Assembly (NCBI GenBank): GCA_048213135.1
Contig: PS015020.1
Location: 1 to 51,410 of the forward strand
Source of the DNA: Reclinomonas americana ATCC 50394
Lineage: Eukaryota
DNA: 51,410 bases
Direction of reading: 5' to 3'
In this document: positions 1 to 12,757 of the stretch, in pieces
Position numbering within the stretch: the stretch's first letter is position 1
How the letters are laid out: each line of letters starts with the position of its first letter
The notes under the pieces: generated by a model
Told to the model about the DNA's origin: nothing
The model's input: only the letters and a program-made list of their open reading frames with translations
Database searches by the model: none
Position numbers and translations under genes: made by a program

Positions 1-357
1 CAGCTTGGGGAAGCGATCCTGTGCTGAGTGCGGTGCGTTTGGTGTTGGCACCCTTCGCAGATCGATTGCGCGTGTGCTGACTCTTTTTGTCGCCCCCCAA
101 TGTGTGTAGGTGTTGCGGACGGCGGCAAGAAAGGCCGCAGGTCAACGCGATCGCGAATTGTAAAGTATAAAATGAGATGCGTTGTACCCTCACGCACACT
201 GGCCTTCACTGCCTCTACTTGTCGTTGCAGCAGGAGATAGACGGCGAGGGAGAATTGCACATACACACACATTCACGGAAACACACACACAGAGCGAAAG
301 AAATAGAGAGAGAAAACACGACCACGGACACTCTCACTCACACGAGCACCTCACGCA

Positions 358-2093
358 TCAGTCAGCAAAGCCTGACGAGAGGTACATCGGTTCGCGCGAC
401 ATGGTATAGTAGACGAGAGCAAGCATTATGACGACCACAGCCCACACCAAGGCGCACACAATGGCGGCGGCAGTCCACCGCTGGCGTGGTCGTCGTCGCA
501 CGGTCACCACGTACTCTTCTTCCACTTCCTGCTCCACCTTGTGTGCGCGGGTGGTCGGCGACGTAAACACTGCGCAGCAGCAGCGGCAACAACAAAACAA
601 AGAGTGAGTCACTCAAGCCTCCACCACCGCACTCTCTCGCTCACGCTGTCCAAACGCAACATCGCTGTCCGCGCATCACGCTCGACTCCTCCTCCCCATC
701 TCCGTCATGTTGGGTTGCCTTTGTCACGGTTGGCGACTGCCGCCTCGTCTGCTGCTGCTGCTGTTGCGGCCTGTCAACAATCGGTTGTTGCCGGCGTCGA
801 CGGGAGGCCGAGTCGGTGACCGCCACCTGCTCATCGACAAAGCGCACGGCACGTGTTGCCGAGGCGGGTGCGCGCTCCGTGTCGTCATCAATGTCGTCGC
901 TTTCCTCGGCATCAGCATCGTGGTCCTCTGACCCTCCTGCTGCCGCCGCTGCCGCTGCCTGCAGCTGCATCTGAGCGGCCTGCTCGCCAACGGCCTGCTC
1001 CTGGCCGATGGTGACAGTGGTGCGGCACTTGTCGCCGTCGGCATGCGGCAATTCGACCTCCAGCTGCTCGCCGCGTCGGTGCAAAATCACACGATCGGCG
1101 GCTGGGCCAGCCAGCAAAATCACATCGCGCATGGTCAACCCAGTGACCACCACCTGCTGCGCGGGGCCACTGCGCATCGCCTCCTCAAAGTCGACCACAC
1201 TCGACTCGGTGGCTGACTCGTCGGCCTCGGAATCGGCCTCCGAATCCGGTTCGCCTGTCACGTCGACCGGGACGTGCTGGATCGGCGACGGTGCCAGATG
1301 TGCCGGCACCATCTCACGCACGGTGCTGTGCGTCGACGGCAGAGCCGACGAGATCACCGGCGTCCAGTCCATGGACATGTTGGGCGGGGTGATGACCGGC
1401 TTGGACGACAGCACCAGTGGCGGCACTGGCGATTGCGTTGGCGATGTTGGTGTGATGAGCATGGGGATGCCTCTGCACCGCGGTGTGTGTGTGTGCGTGA
1501 GAGAAAGGAAAGATGACTGCGGAGCGGCAACGGAGAGAACTCACTTGGGTTGCACCGGCACATTGGTCGGTCGTGCGCCAGTCGGTGTTCGCGGTGGCTT
1601 GCCGACAATCGTAATCAGCTCGTCGTCACCGCGCTCAGCCACGCGATTGCGCACGCTCGGCAACGGTTCTTGACCATCAAACGAGGCCGTCGAGCACGAC
1701 AGATCCGATGTGCCACTGCTGTCGTCGTTGGAGCCGGGCGGGGTGTCGAGAAGCAGGCGACCGGGCTTGGTGTTGCTGTCGAACTGCGAGGCAGCAGGGG
1801 AAGTGATGAGCGCGATTCTACGATCGGCATCTCGTCTACTATCAAACACGCACCATCTTGGACGATTCACGGCCGCCGTCGTCTGCCTCGGTCCACGGGT
1901 CGGTGGATCCCAGAATGTCCTCGGCAACGCGCAAATCACGCGTGGCAAATCGAGGAGTGCCCGTGTCGCCAAACGACAGTGACAGCAGTGCATCGTCGGG
2001 TCCGCGGAACGATACAAACGAAGGCGATCCGTCGCCTCGTCGACTGCTGGAGAGCGATCGGTGCGACGGCTCCGGTGACAACAGATCTGACAA
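358..2093 (-). CDS. Multi-exon low-complexity protein with one C-terminal transmembrane helix (tail-anchored-like); start uncertain
   Basis: Minus-strand ORF segments 1842-2093, 1541-~1780, 641-1462 and 358-~560 are separated by GT..AG intron-like gaps. The last segment reads RRRPRQRWTAAAIVCALVWAVVVIMLALVYYTMSREPMYLSSGFAD*. No catalytic motif recognised. Confidence 0.55.
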
Positions 2094-2692
2094 GAGGAAG
2101 CGAGTGAGTGCGATCGCTCACAGGGTGTCACGGGCGACAGGAGGGTGTTCCTCTCGACGTGCGCATGCATGTGTGTGTGCACGCGCGATACCAAGTCGTC
2201 TCTGACATTCGTTTCCCGTCGCGTCTCCTTTGCTCACACCGATCTCACTCTCTCCTCTCACAGACACACAAAGCTCCTCCTCGTTCTCCTCATCCTTCTC
2301 TTCACGCAACTCGAGTCAGTAATCATCTGCCACTGGCCCGTGTGCGAAATGTCAATCAGCTTGCCCGTGGGTGTGAATGGCACCGGTGGGAGCAGTGCAG
2401 CTGAGCGAGTCTGTGCTGCACGCACACCCGCATCGACGCTCTGTGAGAGTGCTGAACGAGGCCCTCTGGCTTTCCGCTCACTGTCGGCCATTGATTTCGT
2501 ACAACGAATGCAACGTTTCGGAGCTCGAAGACGTAACGGTTGTTTTTTTCCTCGCGACGTCGACGACGTTCTTGCCAGTGTGCATGTATTCTGCCACGGC
2601 ACATCTACTATAGAGCGTAGAACCAGGCAGACCCAGACACTTTGCTCCTGCTGCTGTGGGCAGGTGATGAATTATCAATGTCGACGTCGAGT

Positions 2693-4531
2693 TCACTTTG
2701 TGGCCACCTCTGGCATGCGCGGCGCGAATGCGTTGACCATGGCGACGAAGCGCGATCGCCAAGCTGCGTACTCCTTCTTCGTGTACCTGCGCCGTTCGTT
2801 GGCGGTCCACGAAAAGGCGTGATACGTGGTCACCCCGGCGTCGGAACCAGACTTGGGCAGCAGCATGGGCGGTGCTGGCGGCGGCGGTGGTGGTGGTGGT
2901 GGTGGTGCAGATCGTCGTGCTGATGACGCCGCCGCGGGGCGTCCCCTCTTGCCTCCACGACCCGCAGTAGGTGGTGGCGGTGGCGGTGGCGGTGGCGGCG
3001 GCGGTGGAGGCAGTGGTGCTATGGATGGCAAGTTGAGGACCGGCACCGGAGGCAGCATCGGCGGCGGAGGGAGCACGGCGTACGGCAAGAGGCGGCGTCT
3101 CTTGTGGGGAGGGCGGGAACCAGCAGCAGCATCCGCGTCTGACTCGTCGCTGTCCGAGTCATCGGTGGACGACGACGAGGATGACGAGGAGCCGCCAGAG
3201 GAGGAATCCGCGTCGCTATCGTCGCGGTACAGACGACGAGGCAGCACTCCAGCAGCCAGTCGCGTGACACGCTTGCCTGAGCGCTTGCGGGATGCAGTGG
3301 CCGGGGTTTGGCGCTTCGGCGGCGCAGACGGGTCGTCGGGCAACTGCTCCAACAACTCTGACGCCACCGGCTTGCGCCGCGTGGAACCACCACGCTTGCC
3401 GGATTTACCGCCGCGTGGAGTGGTGGTCGGCGGCGAACGCATGGTCACTTCCCCGTCATCACCATCGGCGTCGTCATCGCCATTGTCGTCGTCTTCCTCA
3501 CCGTCGAGGCGAAGCGCTTTCCGACTCCCACGCTTGCCTTTGCCAGCCGAGCCGCCTCTCTTGCCACCACTGGCAGCAGCAGCAGTCGCCGACTTGGGAG
3601 TCGTTCGGCTGCTGCTCGTCACCGAGGTGGTGGTGGTCGCCGTCGGATCCGTGTTCAGCAGATCCGCGCACAGCTCCTCGATCGCCACCTCGGTCTGCTC
3701 CAACTCGCGCGACTCGCACGAAGCTAGCTGCACCACGTCGGCACGCTTGATTGCACTCCCCGTCGACACATGCCGCGAGGCCACCAGCCACGCTGCCGCA
3801 ACAAACACCGAACGCGCAAAGTCGGCAGCCTCCCGCTTGGCAGTCGTCGCCAGACGACTCCGATAGCGAACCTTGAACCTGCACCAGTCACGCCGCCTCA
3901 GACACACTCAAACACGCACTCCCCTCTTCGAACAACTCAACGTCTCCAGCAGGCGATCGGCCAGTGTGGCCACCTCTGGGGCCTGGAACTTGCGCGACAG
4001 CTCCTCCATGGTGACCTTGATGCTGTCGGCAGTGCACGCAGTGAGCCATCACGTGCGTAATAAATGCCTCTGTATGATGGAGAAGCAACGGAACTTGACG
4101 CCCAGCAGTCCTTGCGCTTGCTTGCAGGTGACTTCGTAGACCTTACGACTTGGTGCGCCACTCATGCGAATCAAGGCCGCGCGGTCAATGGGAATGTTGT
4201 GACTGAGAATGAAAGAGGGGAAGAGGGAGAGATGCAATCAGTCAATGCACGATGGTGAGTGAGTGAGATGCGAGGCACTGCATGCGCGTACATTTGACAG
4301 GCCAACTCGAGGCACACTGCAGGTAGACACACTTGACCCTGTAATGTGTGTGCATATGAGTGAGAGTCTCTCCTTTCTTCTCTGCCTTCTCTCTCGCATT
4401 CACGCAACATCTCCGAGTCCGCGAGGTGAGCGAATGGTGGCCAAGTTGGAGAGCTCGGTGGCCTTGCGTTGCACATTCAACGAAGTCACACTCGGCAGGC
4501 CGAGGCGCTGCACCATTGACAACAGATCCAT
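2693..4531 (-). CDS. ORC6: Origin recognition complex subunit 6 with a long acidic/polyproline insertion
   Basis: Spliced MDLLSMVQRLGL..RKATELSNLA..|VCLPAVCLELAC..|IPIDRAALIRMSG..KVY..QGLLGV|..EELSRKF; second domain ADFARSVFVAAAW..IEELCADL; C-terminal EYAAWRSRF resembles the ORC6 DYEEWK motif. Confidence 0.8.
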
Positions 4532-4595
4532 TCCTTAATCCTTCCCCCCTTCTCTCTTCTCTCCCCTCGAACTTGGTGGGACGGCGCAGCGCTAT

Positions 4596-6195
4596 TCACT
4601 TCGCAGCTTCTTCCTCATCCTCATCCTCATCTTCTTCTTCCTCGTCCTCGTCTTCCTCTGCATCATCGTCCTCCTCATCATCTTCTCCATCGCCAGTGGC
4701 AGCAGCGGCTGCGGCTGTGGACGTTGATGTCGCTGACGTGCCCGCCGATGGTGCCGACCGATCGCTGCGACGTTGACGATGAGCACAGTGCTTGTCATGT
4801 CAACGCTGTGTGCAACTCACCCAATGGCGTTGAAGTTGAAGCATCGGTACTTTTGGAAGTTGCGCAGCACCGAGAGACATGCCACAGTCTGCAAAGCTGG
4901 CAAGTGAGCATGATGCAGGTGCAGGTGCTGGCAGCAAAGGGGCGGAACGCACCCCTTCGATGTGGCACACGACAGTGATGGGCGCCTCGCGCAGAACAAG
5001 CAAGTGCACCGGCGGAATGAGTTGCGTGATGGCACGCAGCAGCGACGAGGAGGAGACGCTCGAGTTGCAGCGGACCTTGATTTCGGCCCCGTACTGCGCG
5101 GCGATTTTTTCAGCAAGACACCCGAGGTGGCGATCACGCAGACGGCAACGCAACTCGCAACGGGCAGAACGCCGGGCGGGGAAAGGTCGCATCCAGCATC
5201 GGCTTCAGCACCTCGCAGATCTTCTCCACTGTGGCGCGGCAGGTGATCTGAATCGGGATGCAGCGGAACACAAATCTGCGACGCGTTCTCATGTTGGTCG
5301 TCGTCGCTGTTGGTGCATCGCAACTGCGCTCGCTTACCTCGTTCGCACAATGCTCTCCTGAATCAACTTGCCAAACACCTTCTCTGCCAACTCCACGACA
5401 TCAATGGGTGGCATGGCACGCAGTCGCTCTTTCTGCGCCGCCACCTCAATGTCGGCATCCGAATCCTCCTCCTTGTCGTCGACACGATCCTCAGTCGCCT
5501 CCGCCATGGACGACGAAGCAGCAGTCGACGTCACCACGGCCTTGTTCGCCGTCTGCAGCTCCAGAAAGAAGTGGCCCTTGACGCTGCGCACGTCGGCCAC
5601 GGCAAACACATCGGAGCCACTCAAGCCCGATCTGCACGCATGCTAAGCAAAAAGCAGCTCGAGAAAAGACACTGCCTGCACCCTTCAGCACGCACTTTCG
5701 CAGCTGCACCAGCTCGCTCTCGAGCGCAGCAGCCGTGCTGGTCCCCTTCATGAAATCCTCCTCCTCCTCATCATCATCATCGTCATCGACGGCGGGTATG
5801 GAGCTCGCTCCCACTGCACCCACTTTGCTTGCTCCCTCTGCCGCCTGCATCTCGTTCAACCCATACTGCGACAAAGAGAAGCATGAGTAAGAAGAGAGAC
5901 AGAGAGAGTCTCACGCATTGAGCACGAAACATCCTCCAGGAGGCCGAGTACTTCGCGCAGCGCCAGTCCGCGCTTGCCCTCCACAAAGGTGCACAGCAAA
6001 CCACTGCTGCCTGCGTGCAGAATCTGTTGCATTCGCGTGTTTGTGAGTGCAAGTCTGTGCGTGCTCGTTTTGTGTGCTTGTTGTCTGCATGACCTTGTTG
6101 CGCGGCTTGCCCACGACATAGTGTCGCTTGCGTCGTTTCCGGTCACTTGCACCATCGCCACCACCGCCGCCACCACCTCGTCCTCGTCGTTTCAT
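4596..6195 (-). CDS. THUMPD1: THUMP-domain protein 1 (Tan1-like adaptor for tRNA ac4C)
   Basis: Spliced basic N-terminus, GLLCTF..ALREVLGLLED, AALESELVQLRK, FVFRCIPIQITCRA, KVRCNSSV..AITQLIP, VACLSVLRNFQKYRCFNF, then an acidic tail ending AAK* (stop 4596-4598). Confidence 0.75.
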
Positions 6196-6269
6196 CGCTC
6201 TTGTGGAAAAGATTTTTGCTGATTAGCTCTGATTGATCGAGTACTACGTAGGACACATCGCTTCACTAC

Positions 6270-9200
6270 TCATAGGCTGGCGAAGCGATGCCTCTGAACT
6301 AGGTTTTGTAGCCGTGCAGCTAGTGTTTTGTCGTCGACCTCCGGCGATATAATTTGCTGCACGAGATCCTGTGCCTCGTCGGGCGACACCTGACTGTATT
6401 GCAGCGGTTCTGCGTGTGCGTGCACACCAGCAGTCAGCGATCTTCGCGACATCTCCTATTCCACGCCATCGCGTATTACCTTGTGTCGCCGTGGCGGCGG
6501 GTGGTTCTTGTGCTGGGCCCACACGCATGGGGATGGCGAGTTGTGAAAAGAGCGTCATCAACGTGCTCGGCACCACGTCGCCGCACACCGCGTACAACAT
6601 GCGGAAACATGTGCCGACGGACTCCATGGACTGCAACGTGGAGAGAGGAGATATTATTGCCTGAGCAACATCAAACCTCGTGACATCAACCACGGGACGG
6701 CGGGGCCAGCGGGCGGAGAGAGAAGCACGCACACACGCACCTGCACCATCGCCATGCTCGTCGGGTGGCAGTATGGGTTGCCGAAAAAGGCCACCATCAA
6801 CGGCAACAGCTTCTCACAAGCGTACGCCGCAAATCCTTCCACCTGCAGCATGCCCTCCACCGCGGTTTGCAGGAAAACGAGCACGTTGCGGGCCACTGTC
6901 AGATTATTGGTGCGCGCCACCAAAATCAGGGACAGCTCCAGCAGCTGCGGCACCACCGAGCCGTCCGACTGCGTCCATAGCGCGTCCATGCAACCGCAGG
7001 CAGAAATAGAGCCTACAAATGTGAAGAATTTGTCCAACAGATCCAACAGTTCACGCGACGCCTCATCGCGGATCGACACAGTACGCTCAATCGCCACTCC
7101 AATGTCGCCACCAGCCACCGGGCGCAGAAACTCCAGCACAACCGCGACGCACGACGGCAAGACTGCATGGAGGATGAGTGTGATAGACAAGGGAGACGAC
7201 GCTTGCAGTGGAAGTGGACGCAACTCGCGGCAACATTGTCGGCTGCCAGGTGCCGGAATCGACTCATCATCTGTGTAATGGCGCTGTAGATGCTGCCGAG
7301 CTCGGCGTGTGGCGACCAGTCGGCGCCCTCGGCCTGCATGGTGTAGTCCTGCAGCTGAATCGGTCGCAGCTGTGCACCGGGATTGGCCAGTGCACCTGCA
7401 GCGTGATGATTAGCAACCGGACGCGTCCACCGAGTGGAATTACAGGGAAGAGATGCGACTCACCAGGGATGTAGGCCAACAGTTGATCAATGGCCGGGGC
7501 CAGCACTGGCGGCTGCAGCGTCAACAGCGGCAAGCCGACCATCTCCATGAGTCGATGCATCAGGAAAATCACTTGTAGCCGAATGGACACGGCCCGCTGC
7601 AGAAGGGAGACAGAATGGTGAACCAACAAGAGGATCTGATCAAGTGCAATGAGCCGCGGACGCACATCACCACACAACCGCAGCAGCTCCGAGAGCGGCA
7701 CCCACAGTTCGAAGAAACACTCGGCCGCCGGATGCACCGTGTTCATCTTGGTCATGTCCTGCTCGGTGATTTTCTTGCCGAGTGCCGTCGCCCGCGGGAA
7801 GCCTGCTCGACAGCGTGTTAGCGGTACAGTCCCGTGTGCTCAGCGACGGATGTGCCAAAAGACACACAGGCGACACACCCTTTGACATGTAGCCGAGGAA
7901 GCGCGCCATGTACCCAACCAGGAACGTGATGACGGGGAACTCTGGCACGTCCAACTCGTACCATCTTTCGGCCACCGCGGTCTGCAACATTTGCATGCCA
8001 GGATCGAGGATAGCCTGCACGCAAGAAGGTAGCAAGTGAGTTGGGAGCCAATAAAGTCGAGAGCACCAGAAGGAAAACAAAACCTTCAACAGATCGCGAC
8101 TGGCCGAGTGCGTGGACGTGATTGCGCCGAGAGCCTCGCTGACTTCCAGGCGCGAGGAAAACGGAAACGCTGCGTTCCAATCAGTCAACAACTGCTCCGC
8201 GTCGGCGAGAGACGACCGCATGGCCGCCGCCATTGAGGAGATGTCCAAATAAACAATGTTCTGGTCGAGGACGAAGGAGAGCATGAATGGTGGAGTCGAG
8301 AAGTCCGCGAGAGAGGCGCCAACTCACGATGCAGTTCTCGACAATATCCGGAGCAGCCTCGGCGAGCACCGAACGCAGCGGCATGAAGAATCGCCGCAAC
8401 ACAGAGGCTGTGTGTCTCCTCAAGCGCACGTCCTTGTGCTGCAGACCACTGTGCGTGTGCACGAAAGAGAGAGAGAGAGAGTTTAACAACATACGATAAC
8501 ACGCAAGAAGCCTTTATCGTGTCGTACGCAACGATGGACCCAGCAGCAACTCCAGAGCCTCGTTGAGGTACTGTTGCTCGGCGAGGAAAAAGTTCACGTA
8601 TCGCGTAATGACGTCGATAAAGGCCTTGATCACAATAAGGTTGCTCGACTGTCGCACCGGCGAGGTCAGCAGTAATCTCATGCAGTCCGCAATGATTCCA
8701 ACAGGTTCCGATACACAAGCTGATAAGAAACAGTGAGAGGTCACAGAGAAAGCGAGTGCGCATGAGTTGCTCTCCCCACGCACTGCTCAGAGTCTCGCCG
8801 ACAATGTCAAACATGGCCAATGCAGCCTCGAGTTCCGGTGCAAACGCCTCGACATTGCTGCAACACCGCGAAAGCAGCTGGTACACCACTTGTTGCGTGG
8901 GTTCCGGGGCCGAGTTGATCAACGCCTTCAGCGCAATGAGCATATTCTGCTCAGTGGCAGGCATGAGTGTGACGGCGGAGTTAAACATGGAAAAGAGGAG
9001 AGTAACGCACAGCGCGCATCTCGATAAAGAACGTGTCATCGTCCGACTCGCCGGCCAGCAAATCCACGTCGGTGGGAACCACAATGCGGCAGTGAATCAC
9101 TTCGATCATTTCCAGCAGCAACTAAGCGACGACAATGGACGAATTATGAGAAGGGGAAAGGACACACAATAGTCTGTCGAAGCAGCACACGCAGTGCACC

Positions 9201-11477
9201 TGCTGATGTGATTCCATGTATTCCACTGGCGCACCCGGTTCCGCCGGCAGTGGCATCAAGTCACCTCGCTTGAGCTGTGCCGAGGTCGGAGCATGGCGTT
9301 AGTCAATAATGGACACAAACAAAAGGTCGACAACAAACACTCACTCACCTGTCGAGCAAAAATCATGACGCTGTCGATGACGGCCTGCGCCACCACCGGC
9401 GGAGACGTTCGCATGAATCTGACAATGAGCGCCAGCACACGGTCCAATGCCTCCAGGGACCACGTGCGGAATTCCATGACCTCTGGCGAACCCAGCTGCA
9501 CACACGAGGAACAATGAAAAATGAAACACTACTCGGAAAGAACCACTCGACAGAAATGCACACCATGGGAACGGCCTCGATCAGCTCCATGGCAACGGTG
9601 CAGCACAACATGGCGACATTCGACGAGTACGGGTCCGACATTTCGTTCAGCAGGTCTGTCTCCGTTGGATTCGGCTGCAGCAGCTGTTATGAGTCACCGA
9701 CAACGCAGCATCACAAGCGGTACTGTACCGCAACTTGCAGCGACGCTATTGCTGACGCGGCAGCATCCAACAGATTCGCAATGTCCAGCTCCTGCAGCAA
9801 TGAGATCTTGCGCTGTGGTGGATCCATACCCTTTTCGACAATCTGCAATGGGAGCACGCGTGAGTGGGGAAACGAGCAGGTGAAAAAGGGAATCGCGGAT
9901 CACCTTGGCAACACAATTGACGGCCTCGGCGCGCGTCTCCCCGTCCTGCAGGTACTGGTACAGTTGTGCCAGCAGCGCTGAATTGACCACCAGCGAAATA
10001 TCAATCCACTCTACGAGCAATGTGAGAAGCCATGAGGTGAACGCAATCCTCCACAACAGAAACACAACGCACCGACATAACGCGACAAGACGTCCAAACA
10101 CTGCCGCACAAGTGACGGGTGGTGCGTGCGACATGAAGCCAGCACCCAGACCCAAAAGTTCACAATCTCCCCAATGCACTGCTCACGCAGAGCGTCCTTC
10201 TGCACTCCCCCATGCCATTCAGCACACACACACACGCACGTGGACACGAGGAGAGAAGAAACACCAATCCACGCAACAATACGAATGCCCGCCTGGTGCA
10301 TCACACTGGTGCGATGGATCTCACGATTGACCACCTCGTCGTCGACGGTGGTGAAGATTGTCAGCAGGTACTCGATGAGGCCGACACCGTAACCCTGAAT
10401 GGGAACAGAAGATGAGAGACGAGAGGAAGCAACATTCAAAGAGACCCACGGGAGAGAGGAGGGGGGGGGGGAGGAGGGAGGAGGGAGGAGGAGGAGGGAG
10501 AGAGAGAGAGAGAGAGAAGAGGGAGAGAGCGAGGGGAAAGGGGGAAAGAGAGCGAGAAAAAAGGGATGGAACGCAAGAAGAACAAGAAGAAGAACATGCA
10601 GAACACAAGTGGAGGAGGAGAGACAACCAAACGACAGCAGAGTCAGAAACACTCTCGAAACTCGACACTCAGACAACAGAGAAATGAGACTCACAGCACA
10701 GCGAGGGAGGGAGGGAAAGGGAGAGAGAAGAGCGAGACGAGAGGAACTGCAGTGTCTCAAGGGAAGAAGAAGGAGAACATGCAGAGAAAGAACACGACGG
10801 AGACAAAGGTGGGGGGCAACCACACGACATCAGAGTCTGAAACACGCTGCGTCCTCGACACTCAGACAGCAGAGAAGAGTTCCAGACCATCATCCTCATC
10901 CTCATCAACATCCTCAATCACCCTCTCTCTCTCTCACACACACACCGATGCATCGGGTCCCTCCGGCAGTGCCTGCATCAGTGCCTGCGCCTGCGCCAGC
11001 AGCGCAGTGAATGCCGTCTCCCACTGCGCCGGGTACTGCTGCACAATCGCATGCGCATACACCACCGCAAACTTGGTGCGCACAAACAGCTGCGAATCGT
11101 GCACAGGATTCACTCCCGACGGCGACGTGGTGTGGTCGTGCACAAACGTGATGAGGAACTCCTGGAACGCTTGCTGCTCACTCAGCGGCAGCATGCCCAG
11201 TCTGTGTCAGAGATGTCAGTGAACATGTCTCCCGCCCCCACTGCACACGCACTGCACACACACGCGCGTGTGCTCACCGATTGGAGACAAACTCGTGCAG
11301 CAGAGAGAGTGAGTGGAACACCGACTGCACCATGGGTGAGTGGTAGAGGCGGTCGGCCAAGAAGCGCCAGTTGTCATTGACGCGCTCGAGGTATTGCCGT
11401 GCGCGATTCTGCTGTGGCGAGCTCGGGTCGTACAGACACGACACGGCGTTGTCGAACGACGCCCCTTCGTCTGCCAT
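6270..11477 (-). CDS. XPOT: Exportin-T (tRNA export receptor, Los1/PAUSED family), many exons
   Basis: MADEGASFDNAVSCLYDP..RARQYLE; FVRTKFAVVY..YPAQWETAF; DDEVVNREIHR..RI|KDALREQCI; VLSRYV|EWIDISLVVN; GLQHKDVRLRRHTASVLRRF. All are exportin-T-like segments joined by GT-AG introns. Confidence 0.85.
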
Positions 11478-11567
11478 TCGCCCTCCCAAACAAAAAACGC
11501 AAAAGACAGGCGGAATTTTACGACGGACGAACTTACACAAACCCTCCAGATCGCCTGCTTGTCAACC

Positions 11568-12647
11568 ATGTCACATCCACTGCCTCCTCCGCGCGTTCAT
11601 CACTTCGGCAACCTCGTGTCGGCATTGGCGATTACGCGCGACTGCCAGCATGTTGTCGTGAGCAATTGGGATACGACTGTGCGTGTTATGTCGCTGGTGA
11701 GTGGCGAGACAGTGCGGCTGTTCGACGGCGTCCGGCCCGTGTGGTCATCCATCGCCTTCACTCCCGATGAGCAGCACATTGTGTGTGGCGCTGGTGACAT
11801 GACTGTGCATGTGTTGTCAGTGGCGACTGGCGAGGAGGTTTGCCAGTTGCAGAACCACACCAATGTGGTGATGAGTGTCGCCGTCTCTCGCGACGGGCAA
11901 CACGTCGTGAGTGGGAGCTATGACAAGACAGTGCGAGTGTGGTCCCTGGCGAGTGGAGAACAAGTGCGACTGTTGACCGGACACACCGACTGGGTAATGT
12001 CGGTCGCCGTCACTCCCAACAACAAGTTCATTGTGAGCGGGGGTGCAGGTCGCGACAAGACAGTGCGGGTGTGGTCACTGGCGACTGGCGAGCAATTGCA
12101 CCGCATGACGTTTGAGGTTCGCTTGCTGTGTGTCGCCGTCACTCCCGACGGTCAGCGCGTGGTGATTGGGAGTGCCGACAACATTGTGCATGTGCGATCG
12201 CTGGTGGGCGATGAAGAGGTGCTGCAACTGACAGGCCACAGCCATCCTGTGCGCTGCGTTGCCGTCTCTCCCGACGGTCAATACGTTGTGAGCGGGAGTG
12301 AGGACTGCACTGTGCGACTGTGGTCGCTGGTGACGGGCGACGAACTCCGACGACTGGAAGGGCACACTCGCCTCGTGTCGTGCGTCGCCATCTCCGCAGA
12401 CATTCTCCACATTGTGAGTGGCAGCCGCGATGACACCATGCGTGTGTGGGCCGCTCCACTCGGTCTGGCCAGTGACGAGTTGAGTCAGGCGCGGGCGGCG
12501 ATGCAAGCAGTGCAGCAGATGCAGCCCGACGAGGAGGAAGAACCGGATTCGCGTTGCTTACCAGAGATGGTTTTGCGGTGCTTCATTGTCGAAGATGCTT
12601 CCGTCGTGCTCAATCGCTGCCGCGGCGACCCTGGGTCGTGGTGGTAA
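11568..12647 (+). CDS. Intronless WD40 protein, 7 repeats (single beta-propeller) with NLR-type repeats
   Basis: ATG 11568 (MSHPLPP); seven units of type GH..V.SVAV.PDGQ.VVSGS.D.TVRVWSL; short helical tail. Head-to-head with XPOT, 90 bp apart. Confidence 0.85.
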   Translation: MSHPLPPPRVHHFGNLVSALAITRDCQHVVVSNWDTTVRVMSLVSGETVRLFDGVRPVWSSIAFTPDEQHIVCGAGDMTVHVLSVATGEEVCQLQNHTNVVMSVAVSRDGQHVVSGSYDKTVRVWSLASGEQVRLLTGHTDWVMSVAVTPNNKFIVSGGAGRDKTVRVWSLATGEQLHRMTFEVRLLCVAVTPDGQRVVIGSADNIVHVRSLVGDEEVLQLTGHSHPVRCVAVSPDGQYVVSGSEDCTVRLWSLVTGDELRRLEGHTRLVSCVAISADILHIVSGSRDDTMRVWAAPLGLASDELSQARAAMQAVQQMQPDEEEEPDSRCLPEMVLRCFIVEDASVVLNRCRGDPGSWW

Positions 12648-12757
12648 GATACAATGCAAGCACGTAAGCAACTTTTCCCTTCATCCTGTCAACAGTGCAG
12701 TGGTCACGTTTTCATTTTGTCCAAGCGTGATGGAAAATGGTGGCATGAGCACGAGCA

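Noticed and set aside
2826-3866. Long plus-strand ORFs (2826-3866, also 13658-14665 and the non-N part of 25122-27275)
   Set aside because: Antisense shadows of GC-rich coding exons of ORC6, UBL-S74 A and glnA.
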